From Ignicoccus pacificus DSM 13166 (GTDB taxonomy: Archaea; Thermoproteota; Thermoprotei_A; Sulfolobales; Ignicoccaceae), in assembly GCA_025340205.1 (NCBI GenBank), contig CP006868.1:150001-182000 (forward strand): 32,000 nucleotides of DNA, given 5' to 3'. Position 1 is the first letter of the stretch. Each line of letters opens with the position of its first letter. The translations under genes were made by a program, and so were the position numbers. Under the pieces are notes generated by a model. It did not search any database, was not told the DNA's origin, and saw only the letters and a program-made list of their open reading frames with translations. This document shows positions 15,529 to 23,312 of the stretch, in pieces.

Positions 15529-16638
15529 TTACTCCCCTCTAAAAGGGGTTGGGGTCATTGAAACGATTACCGCTAGCGCCGACGTCGAGAGCGAGTATAG
15601 GAGCAGTTGAAGGGGAGAGAGGGCGGGCATTAGCATTCCTCCAATTAAGCTACCTATGCCCAGTGAGGCGAAGGCCAAGCCGTACTTGGTTCCTCCCCCT
15701 CCCATGTCAGCTATCATGGCCTTCAAGACTACCTCTTCATAAGCTATCGCTATTCCCGCATAGGGAGCCAGAACGGGATAGTAGATGGATAAGCTCGCGG
15801 GAGCCAAGAGGACCGGTAGGATGAACGCTAACGAGCGAGACCTCGAGTAGAGCATGCCCAAGGGAAGGGCGACGAGGGCATCGGTCAACATGACTGAGGT
15901 ATAGAGGAGCGGAGCGCTTATGCCCTTGGCCTCCCCTCCTCCTGCGACCAGTATCGGTTGCGCGAAGCCCAAGCCTATCAGAAAGGAGAACAAGGCCAAC
16001 TTACTAGGACTCCAGTTGACTAGCTTCTTCCTAGGTTTGGCTCTTAGCTTTCTCAGCATAAGTAGAAGAGGAACGAGCGCTAGAGCCGGGATCGTGTAAA
16101 GCAACAGTACCTCTCTAGCTCCGAGACCGTATGATAGGAGCAAGAACGCTAGGAAAGGTCCTATTATCGCTCCCACTTGATCCATTAGCTCCACTATTCC
16201 GAAGTCCCTTCCCGGATCCTTTGCCACCGAGGCTAACAGAGCCTCCTTAGAGGGACTTCTGATGGCCTTTCCTATTCTCTCTATAAGTACGGCCGCTATG
16301 AAGACTCCCAAGGTAGGGTAAAGCGCCGAGAGAGGGTAGGAGAGGGTGAGCATGTAGCCTATAAACATGAAGGTCCAATGGGCGCCGAGCCTATCAGCCA
16401 AAACGCCGCTCAGCGCTCTGAGTAAGTAACCGGAGCCCTCCGCCACCCCGCTTAGGACGCCTATCCCTTCAAGGCCGTAATGAGGATAGATCAAAACAGG
16501 AGCCAGGGATCTGCCCCCTTCGTAAACGGTGTCCGCGAGCATGCTAAGTAAGCCAAAGATCAGTACTGGCTCCATAACATCTTCGCCGTTACCTTCCTCC
16601 AGACCCCCACCTTTGGGTCTTTCAGATAAACTATCCAC
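15529..16638 (-). CDS. MFS-type transporter
   Basis: Polytopic, Gly/Ala/Leu-rich helices throughout. A basic loop RKLRAKPRKK sits mid-protein, typical of the MFS 6+6 linker. The start is either GTG 16638 or ATG 16575 (MEPVLIFGLLSMLADTVYEGGRS). Either start overlaps the upstream gene's 3' end. Confidence 0.7.
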   Translation of the reverse strand: MDSLSERPKGGGLEEGNGEDVMEPVLIFGLLSMLADTVYEGGRSLAPVLIYPHYGLEGIGVLSGVAEGSGYLLRALSGVLADRLGAHWTFMFIGYMLTLSYPLSALYPTLGVFIAAVLIERIGKAIRSPSKEALLASVAKDPGRDFGIVELMDQVGAIIGPFLAFLLLSYGLGAREVLLLYTIPALALVPLLLMLRKLRAKPRKKLVNWSPSKLALFSFLIGLGFAQPILVAGGGEAKGISAPLLYTSVMLTDALVALPLGMLYSRSRSLAFILPVLLAPASLSIYYPVLAPYAGIAIAYEEVVLKAMIADMGGGGTKYGLAFASLGIGSLIGGMLMPALSPLQLLLYSLSTSALAVIVSMTPTPFRGE

Positions 16639-18020
16639 CTTCGGTCCAACTCCGGAGGTATGGTGCCGTAAGTTATGAACAAGCCCCTTCCAGTCTTGAA
16701 TATCTCCCTTTCCACACTCTTAAACAACTTAACGCTCTCCTCCTCCATTCTCCAATAACCCTTTGACATAAAGGTGACTAGTTTGTGCACCCTTTTCCTT
16801 CTCAGTACCCTTTGAAGAATCTCCAGCATCCTAAAGGGATCCTTCGCTGTCTTACCTGTTAAGCTCACCGGCACCCTTTCCTCAAATCTTACGTGTTTAT
16901 CATCCCAAATTAGAACGGAAAGCTCATCGAAGTACCTTTTAACACCGCTTAGGACTCTGTTTACTTCATCAGGGTTCAAGTCGTTATCTATGATCCATAA
17001 GGACGAAAGTTTCGACTCGAAGAGTCTTAAAGCAGGTCCCTTCACCCTTCTGTTCTTCCTCCTCCTCAGTACTACCGATTGCGAGCTCCAATATCCCCAA
17101 TCGTACTCGAAGCTCCTTAGCTTTCCTCTCATGTGGAAGATCCAAGGCTTTGGGTATATCCTCCCCGAGCTGAGCTCCTTTCTCAAGAGCTCCAAGTTGA
17201 AGTTAAGCGTGGATGAGTTAAGCTCCGGGAACCTCTCTTGAGGAACCTCTGCCTTGGTCTCTGGGTAATTTATTAGGTCACTCTTGAAGGTCCCTAAAGA
17301 ACAATTGCTCAAGGGAAATGGTACGTGAGGAAGATTCCCAACGTTCAAATTGTGTGCTATAAGTTCTATGAGCTCGACGAGGGGAAGGTATATCTCGTTG
17401 AGCAACCTTTGCGCAGTTCTTGAGGTGTTGCGCGCCAAGCATCCCGAAGTCTCGAGCGTCTCCAAGACGCTGGGAAAGCTTACTTTGGTTACCTTCTTGA
17501 ACTTAAGTGCGCTGTTGAGTATTGAGAGTAAGTAGGAGTTACAGCTTCTATAAGCATACACCATCACCTTGAACACCATGTTTTCCGCTATGTCATTTGC
17601 TGCAATATCGTGAACCAAGTTTGTTATTTCATAACTTAAGAAGTCACCTAGAATAGTATCATCGACTATTTCGCCTACTATAATTGAGGCTATTCTATGG
17701 TACCTCGTGATATCCGCTATGTGGTGGCCTATCTCGTGGGCGGCGTTCCACCAAGTAATGACTCTGGCAGCACACTCCACGTATTCCTTTGGCATCCTTA
17801 TCGATTCGACCAGCTCCTCTATCTCTTGGTTCAATGCGGCTACGTTCACTATTATCGTTCGCGTGTATGGGCTGTAGGACATGGAAGCGAAGGAGGTTGA
17901 TCCACTCACGAACATTAAGCTAGGTAAGGATGACTTTTCAAATCCTAACAATATGAACGAGCCATAAACCTCGGAGATCCACCTCTTAATGTTCTCCACG
18001 GAGCAACAACCTTCCAGCAA
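16560..18020 (-). CDS. putative zinc metallopeptidase domain (HExxH) fused to a degenerate vWA-like domain (DUF2201-like architecture)
   Basis: 486 aa with a TTG start. AAHEIGHHIAD is encoded at 17721-17738 and checked on the minus strand. The C-terminal half has the basic stretch RRRKNRRVKGP, then LWIIDNDLNPDEVNRVLSGVKRYFDELSVLIWDDKHV. This matches the layout of a vWA MIDAS strand, helix and next strand, but without the DxSxS residues. Confidence 0.55.
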   Translation of the reverse strand: MLEGCCSVENIKRWISEVYGSFILLGFEKSSLPSLMFVSGSTSFASMSYSPYTRTIIVNVAALNQEIEELVESIRMPKEYVECAARVITWWNAAHEIGHHIADITRYHRIASIIVGEIVDDTILGDFLSYEITNLVHDIAANDIAENMVFKVMVYAYRSCNSYLLSILNSALKFKKVTKVSFPSVLETLETSGCLARNTSRTAQRLLNEIYLPLVELIELIAHNLNVGNLPHVPFPLSNCSLGTFKSDLINYPETKAEVPQERFPELNSSTLNFNLELLRKELSSGRIYPKPWIFHMRGKLRSFEYDWGYWSSQSVVLRRRKNRRVKGPALRLFESKLSSLWIIDNDLNPDEVNRVLSGVKRYFDELSVLIWDDKHVRFEERVPVSLTGKTAKDPFRMLEILQRVLRRKRVHKLVTFMSKGYWRMEEESVKLFKSVEREIFKTGRGLFITYGTIPPELDRRWIVYLKDPKVGVWRKVTAKMLWSQY

Positions 18021-18101
18021 AATTTCGTACCTTTAGGAGGTTATCGGAGCCCCATATTTACTATTTAAGTATTCTTTAGACTTCTCTATTGTTGGGCAAA
18101 A
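18021..18101. promoter_or_regulatory. divergent promoter region between the HExxH/vWA-like gene and the AAA+ gene
   Basis: 81-nt A/T-rich gap with TATA-like ATATTTA (18054-18060) and TATTTAAG (18062-18069). These lie about 35-40 nt from both start codons (18020 minus, 18102 plus). Confidence 0.35.
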
Positions 18102-19730
18102 ATGAGTGCCATCACAGCACGAGTAAAGAAAGTGGAGTTCGAGGAAATGGAAAAAGTTCTCTCAGATCACTTCCTAGAGTACATACTCTGGGATCGCCGG
18201 AGAAGGTTGAGGGCTTCTAGAAGCATTTTCTTACTAGGGAGCATTGGAATAGGAAAGAACGGAGTCGTGAGGAGCGCCCTTAAGAACGTCATCAGAGGGA
18301 TGGTAAGTTTCGTGAAGGAGGTGAAAGGGGAGGTACCGCCGCACGTAAGAAGATATGCCACCTGCATCACGCAAGAATGCCAAATAACGAAATTAAAATT
18401 AATGAGAAGGAAGGATGATGCTAAAATAATGAGGATGGTCGAAGGAATATTGGACGCTTTAGATCTTAGTAATTGTCCAGAATGTCAAGAGGTAAGCGAC
18501 GAGGGAATACTGATCTTCACCTCCTCTCTTGATCTAGAGCTTTACAAAAACAGGATAGTGTTAGTTGAACACGCCATACCTTCTTCCACGCCCGAGGAGT
18601 TAACGGGGCTTAGAGACCTTTCCAAGGATTACAGCAAGCAGTCGCCTCCCGAGTGGGCAGTCGCTCTTAGGCATGCTAGGTTTGGAGTGCTCGTGCTTAA
18701 TGACATAAACTACAAGTGCCCCGAAGCGGTGAGATTAGCGCTCAACTCCATATCAAACGAAAAGAGGGCCGGGGAGTACGAGTTCGATAAACCCGTAGTG
18801 CTGACAGCAAACATCGAGGAGGACTTAGATGAGTACATCGAGAGCATACAACTAGCATTGGCCAATAGGGCCGAGATATACCACATGACGCCACCTAAAA
18901 TACTGACTTGGATGAAGTACATGAATAGCACACATAGGGATAACTGGCTGACTTCAATAGGTTCCTTTCTCCTTCTCACATCCTCTTACGGCATCTTCCA
19001 AGATGACAGGTACATTGACGATGTATTCGTATCAATACCAGACGAGAACTCCTTACAAGCTCCGACCCTCCGCAACTTTCCAACCCCTAGAAGCTGGGAA
19101 ACGGTAGCTTGTCACGCAAAGGAGTATAAGGAGGACTACGAGTACTTCCTAAATATCGGTAACAGTCGCTTCGCTTGTGGAGAATTGAAGAAACTGAACG
19201 AAAGGGCGTATTCCTTACTCGGATCAGAGAGTCTGGCATTGAGCGTGGTAGCTCTGGTCTCATCAAGGAGGCTGAACGACGCCCTCTTCAGATCGGGGAT
19301 ATCGAGGGTAGCTCGCGTGGGCAGATGGGAGATCGAGGATGCCATGCAATTGATAAATGGGATCATAGATTTCATAGAGCACCTTGATGATGAGATACCT
19401 TGTCATATAATACCCCCAGGAGGTAAGAACTTATTGATATCAGTACTGATAATAAATCCATTCCACAGAGCGCTAAACGTCCTTGAGAAGAAGCTGGATC
19501 CGATAAAGAGTTCGGGAAGGCCCAGCGACCTATGCAGGAAAATAATTACTCTACTGGAGAACGGGGAGCCCGCCACTACCTTCCTGAGCTCCTTGCTTAG
19601 GGCGTTGCAGAGAGATGGAGAAGTAGTAATCGATATTAAAGATCAAATAGTGGACGAAATCAAGAGAAGGCTGAGTAGGGAACCAGAGGAGGAAGAGAAG
19701 CTGCTCCCATGTTTACTTTCCGGACCGTAG
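18102..19730 (+). CDS. divergent AAA+ ATPase of the MoxR / AAA_5 type with non-canonical Walker motifs and a Cys4 insertion
   Basis: 542 aa. P-loop-like LLGSIGIGKNG (18237-18260). Then ...EELTGLRD...FGVLVLNDIN (18687-18710)...PEAVRLALNSISNEKRAGEYEFDKPVVLTAN...ALANRAEIYHM follows the AAA_5 order (Walker B, sensor-1 Asn, Arg region). CITQEC...CPEC lies between Walker A and B. Confidence 0.55.
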   Translation: MSAITARVKKVEFEEMEKVLSDHFLEYILWDRRRRLRASRSIFLLGSIGIGKNGVVRSALKNVIRGMVSFVKEVKGEVPPHVRRYATCITQECQITKLKLMRRKDDAKIMRMVEGILDALDLSNCPECQEVSDEGILIFTSSLDLELYKNRIVLVEHAIPSSTPEELTGLRDLSKDYSKQSPPEWAVALRHARFGVLVLNDINYKCPEAVRLALNSISNEKRAGEYEFDKPVVLTANIEEDLDEYIESIQLALANRAEIYHMTPPKILTWMKYMNSTHRDNWLTSIGSFLLLTSSYGIFQDDRYIDDVFVSIPDENSLQAPTLRNFPTPRSWETVACHAKEYKEDYEYFLNIGNSRFACGELKKLNERAYSLLGSESLALSVVALVSSRRLNDALFRSGISRVARVGRWEIEDAMQLINGIIDFIEHLDDEIPCHIIPPGGKNLLISVLIINPFHRALNVLEKKLDPIKSSGRPSDLCRKIITLLENGEPATTFLSSLLRALQRDGEVVIDIKDQIVDEIKRRLSREPEEEEKLLPCLLSGP

Positions 19731-21250
19731 GGGGAGTGCCCTTGAAGGTGACGAGAAAAGTCGTTTTGCTGGAGGACGATTACTTGGTCCTCATAGGTTA
19801 TCCGTATAAAGAGAATGTCCTCCACAAATCGGGGGAGGTGGAGAAGGTAGTATTAAATGTGCAGAATGGAAGAATAGAGATACTTGGTTCTGAGAAAAGC
19901 ATCAAGATGGTATCCGACCTCATCGATTTGGAAATAAAGGAAAGGTTGGAATATGTCATAACGGAGCTCCTAAGGGTCCTGAAGTCGCGATACAAAAGCG
20001 TGTTTAAGCTGGTAATGGGCGACGAGAGGAAGATCTCCTTCTATGCTTTCTGGAAAGGGAGGCCCTTGGAGGTAGACGCCGCTAAGGTTCCTCCGCTCAG
20101 GATACATCCAGCGATAACGTACATAACAATAGAAGGAGTCTATATGGACAGCTACGAGTCGATTAAAGTAGGAAACCTCGAGGTCCTCAACAGAAAGCTT
20201 TCGTATAAGAGTATATTCCGAGGACTCTTAGCCCTAGTAGGTAAGGGAGAGAGCAGAACCGCTTTCTACCTAAACCCAGCCGTTCTCATGTCCCACCCTA
20301 CGGTGAGGGAGTGCTCCAAGTATGCTATGGAACCCCCTAGTGCTATCCCTACGGCTGATGAAGAGATAAACCCCAACGAAACCCTTCTCACTAACCTCGA
20401 GTTGGTAGGGCTTACCTCAAACAACGTCAATAAGGTTATAGTACTAAGAGAGGGTTACATAATGGTTGGAAAGAGAACGATTGGACTCTATGATGAGAAG
20501 GGAAGGTACAAGAAGACTTGTGATGCAATATTGGCTTACGGCGGCCTCGAGTGTATCTGTCGAAGAGGAGATGAACTCCTCTGGACCGATGGTTCTAAAG
20601 ATAGAATAATCCCCTTAAAGGGAAGGAGATATGCCGTGGGAGATGGAAGGGTGTTAGCATGCAGGGAAAGGGACTGTTTCACTTGGCCTACAGAGCTGAG
20701 GCTCAAGGTAAGGGGTGCCCCCCTCCCATTTATTATAGATAGGATCGCCTACTTCATAAACGTTAACGGTAATGGGTACAAGCTGAAAGCGGTAGACATG
20801 ATAACTGGAGATGAGTTGGGTATTCGAGAGTTCCCGAAGAAGACGATGTTTATAAAAGCGTCGAAGAACCTGATAACTGTCACAAAAGGGGAGAACAGAC
20901 TGTTCAGAGTGTTCAATAAGAAGCTAGAGGAAATAGAGAGTAAAACGTTAGACGAATTCGACCTAAACTCTTTCACATTGCCGTACTTCAGCGAGGAAGT
21001 TGGCTTCTTGCTGAGTAAGCTGAGCTACAACGAGACGGCGGTCTACGTCTTCAATCCTTCATCACCAAATGCAGATCAACTGATAATATTGCCTCATGGT
21101 CCTTGGTCTATCTCAGCAAAGGGTAACAGGATATACATCTTCAATGATCAGAAGCTTTACGAAGGTAGGTTGGACCCAGTTGAGGTGAAGGAGGTAACCA
21201 AGGAAGTCCTCCAGATAAGTTGGAAGTGCCCAATTCGTCCCTCCTACTAA
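19709..21250 (+). CDS. hypothetical protein, 513 aa, beta-rich repeat-like C-terminal half
   Basis: The ATG overlaps the AAA+ stop by 22 nt (alternative in-frame GTG at 19736). No catalytic motif recognised. The C-terminal half shows recurring short strand-turn-strand units (KVIVLREGYIMVGKRTIGLYD, DELLWTDGSKDRIIPL, RYAVGDGRVLACRE, IAYFINVNGNGYKLKAVD, NLITVTKGENRLFRVFN, TAVYVFNPSS..QLIILP, NRIYIFNDQKLYEG). Confidence 0.6.
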   Translation: MFTFRTVGGVPLKVTRKVVLLEDDYLVLIGYPYKENVLHKSGEVEKVVLNVQNGRIEILGSEKSIKMVSDLIDLEIKERLEYVITELLRVLKSRYKSVFKLVMGDERKISFYAFWKGRPLEVDAAKVPPLRIHPAITYITIEGVYMDSYESIKVGNLEVLNRKLSYKSIFRGLLALVGKGESRTAFYLNPAVLMSHPTVRECSKYAMEPPSAIPTADEEINPNETLLTNLELVGLTSNNVNKVIVLREGYIMVGKRTIGLYDEKGRYKKTCDAILAYGGLECICRRGDELLWTDGSKDRIIPLKGRRYAVGDGRVLACRERDCFTWPTELRLKVRGAPLPFIIDRIAYFINVNGNGYKLKAVDMITGDELGIREFPKKTMFIKASKNLITVTKGENRLFRVFNKKLEEIESKTLDEFDLNSFTLPYFSEEVGFLLSKLSYNETAVYVFNPSSPNADQLIILPHGPWSISAKGNRIYIFNDQKLYEGRLDPVEVKEVTKEVLQISWKCPIRPSY

Positions 21251-22107
21251 TATATTCTGTTCCATTATCATATGCGTGGAGAGCCTTGATAGATCCGGAG
21301 AAACAACTCAAATATTTGGCCCGATTGGGCTGGATAAAGGTCGTTGACGCAAGGGATCCCTTGTGGAAGGCGATCGAAATAATGGCGGAGAACAGGATAA
21401 GGCACGTCCCTGTCGTCTCCGCTAACAAGCTCATAGGTATGCTTTCTGTAAAGGACGTGCTCCAAGTGCTCGAAGCGCTCAATGCGAATGAGCTTCTTAA
21501 GCAAGAGGTAAGCAAGTTCATGAGCGGAAGAGTAATAGCGGCCTCTCCAGAAGAACCCTTGTGGAGAGCCCTCTCCATAATGGCCGAGGCTGACGTTGGT
21601 GCCTTACCCATAGTGAATGACGAGGATGAGGTGATTGGGATATTTACGGAGAGAGACGTAGTTAGAGACGTAGCTCCCGAGCTCAGCTGGGAGGGAGAGG
21701 TCGAGAGATTGGCTAACGAGAGGCCTAGGACGGTGGAGCCCACTGCGACCATCCTGGATGCCGTAAGTATAATGAATGAGCTAAAGATAAGACACTTACC
21801 GATAACCGAGAGAAAGACCCTCAAAGGCCTAGTGAGTGCTTTGAGTATTATGTCTTTCCTAAAGAACAACTTGAAGGATGTTCTTAAGAGCACTGAAATA
21901 CTCAGCGAGCCGGTCACCAGAGCCCAAGACGCATTGACCTACGTTCCCGAAAACACGCCGCTCTCCGAGGCGATAAACGCCTTAGGAAGGTCTGCCACTG
22001 ATGCGTTACTGGTCGTCGGTGAAGACATGGAACTGAAAGGGATCATGACGGATAGGGACGTACTTAGGGAGACCGCTCGCATATTGGAGAAACTCGAGAG
22101 ACCATAA
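21220..22107 (+). CDS. CBS-domain protein (two CBS pairs, four CBS motifs)
   Basis: Four CBS-type repeats: IRHVPVVSANKLIGMLSVKDVL, VGALPIVNDEDEVIGIFTERDVV, IRHLPITERKTLKGLVSALSIM and TDALLVVGEDMELKGIMTDRDVL. The start is uncertain: the ORF-track TTG 21220 overlaps the upstream gene, and TTG 21316 or 21325 is at least as plausible. Confidence 0.8.
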   Translation: MEVPNSSLLLIYSVPLSYAWRALIDPEKQLKYLARLGWIKVVDARDPLWKAIEIMAENRIRHVPVVSANKLIGMLSVKDVLQVLEALNANELLKQEVSKFMSGRVIAASPEEPLWRALSIMAEADVGALPIVNDEDEVIGIFTERDVVRDVAPELSWEGEVERLANERPRTVEPTATILDAVSIMNELKIRHLPITERKTLKGLVSALSIMSFLKNNLKDVLKSTEILSEPVTRAQDALTYVPENTPLSEAINALGRSATDALLVVGEDMELKGIMTDRDVLRETARILEKLERP

Positions 22108-22124
22108 GATAAATAGGGGATTTC

Positions 22125-23312
22125 TTGGTCTACTCCTCCAGGGAGGATCACGAGCCTATGTTAGACAAGCCCTTCGTGGCGAAGTACAAACCTATTCCGA
22201 TAAAGACCTTGCTTAAGAACATGCAAGACGAAGCGAGCATAGCTCTTGACATGTCCTTCTATTCCCTCATTTACGGAGACGTGGACGTCGCGCAGGAAGT
22301 AGAGAAAATAGACGAGAAGGTGGATGAGGAATTCAACTTGCTAGCGATCCAACTGATGCTAGCTGCGAGAGATCCTGACGACGCCGAGAAGCTCTTGCCC
22401 GCCCTCCGCTTGGGGATAGCTATAGATCAAGTGGTTGAAGCATCTTCCGACATAGCGATAACTGTAATCAAGGGATACAAGGCGGGAAGTGTAGTTAAGG
22501 CAGCTCTTGAAATAACTGAAGAGATATACTTGAAGGTTGTGATAGATGAGAGGTACGATGGAATAACTATCGAGAAGTTCAAGGAGCAGTTCGGAGCGGT
22601 CGACGTAATTGCTGTCAGAAGCAGTGGCGTCCTAGTGGTTAACCCTCCCGATGATCTTACATTAAAGAAAGGTGACGTTCTAGTGGTGAGGGGAGATAGA
22701 GACGACGTCATGAGGGTGGCTAAGGCCTTTAACATAGATTTAGTAATACCTAGCGATCAGTTCAGCCCCGAGGTCAAGGAGGTCGCGTCGAGATTAGCCT
22801 TACTCAAAAACTTATCTGAAATAGCCTTCGATCTAGCTGTATACTCCTTGTTGTATCAAGATTACATAGCTGCGGAGGAAGTGCTAGAGCTGGAGTCCTT
22901 CATAGACGATGAGTCCGCTAAGTTAGAGATGGAAGTAATGAAACATACTAAGGATCCTCAAGAGATGTACGTGGCCACGGTCCTCATTAGAAGCCTTGAG
23001 AAGGTATCAGACGCGGCAACCAACATAGCGCAGCTCAGCCTCTCGAAGAACGAAGTTCATCCAATCCTAAGGAAGATTAAGGAAGAAAGTGAGGAGAAGG
23101 TAATAGTCATTTTAATAAAAGGTGACTGCGACATAACGCTAAAGGAATTAGAGGATAAGATAAATGGAAACGTCATAGCGATATACGTAGAAGGGACGTG
23201 GATACCGTTACCTAACCTGGGCACAAAACTGAAGAAAGGGATGAAGGTTCTGGCGAAGATTTACGAGGAACTGGAAGAGTTGGACCTCCCTTGTCCGGTA
23301 GAGGTGCGCTAG
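22125..23312 (+). CDS. regulatory protein with two PhoU-like helical domains, each followed by a TrkA-C (RCK_C) domain
   Basis: The likely start is ATG 22158 (MLDKPF...). PhoU-like helices: ASIALDMSFYSLIYGDVDVAQEVEKIDEKVDE, repeated as SEIAFDLAVYSLLYQDYIAAEEVLELESFIDDE. TrkA-C-like segments: ITIEKFKEQFGAVDVIAVRSSGVLVVNPPDDLTLKKGDVLVVRGDRDDV and ITLKELEDKINGNVIAIYVEGTWIPLPNLGTKLKKGMKVLA. Confidence 0.7.
   Translation: MVYSSREDHEPMLDKPFVAKYKPIPIKTLLKNMQDEASIALDMSFYSLIYGDVDVAQEVEKIDEKVDEEFNLLAIQLMLAARDPDDAEKLLPALRLGIAIDQVVEASSDIAITVIKGYKAGSVVKAALEITEEIYLKVVIDERYDGITIEKFKEQFGAVDVIAVRSSGVLVVNPPDDLTLKKGDVLVVRGDRDDVMRVAKAFNIDLVIPSDQFSPEVKEVASRLALLKNLSEIAFDLAVYSLLYQDYIAAEEVLELESFIDDESAKLEMEVMKHTKDPQEMYVATVLIRSLEKVSDAATNIAQLSLSKNEVHPILRKIKEESEEKVIVILIKGDCDITLKELEDKINGNVIAIYVEGTWIPLPNLGTKLKKGMKVLAKIYEELEELDLPCPVEVR

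Noticed and set aside
21141-21917. 258-aa minus-strand ORF overlapping the end of the 513-aa gene and most of the CBS gene
   Set aside because: It is Ser/Leu/Thr-rich and low-complexity, exactly antisense to a gene with four clear CBS motifs. This is a typical shadow ORF.
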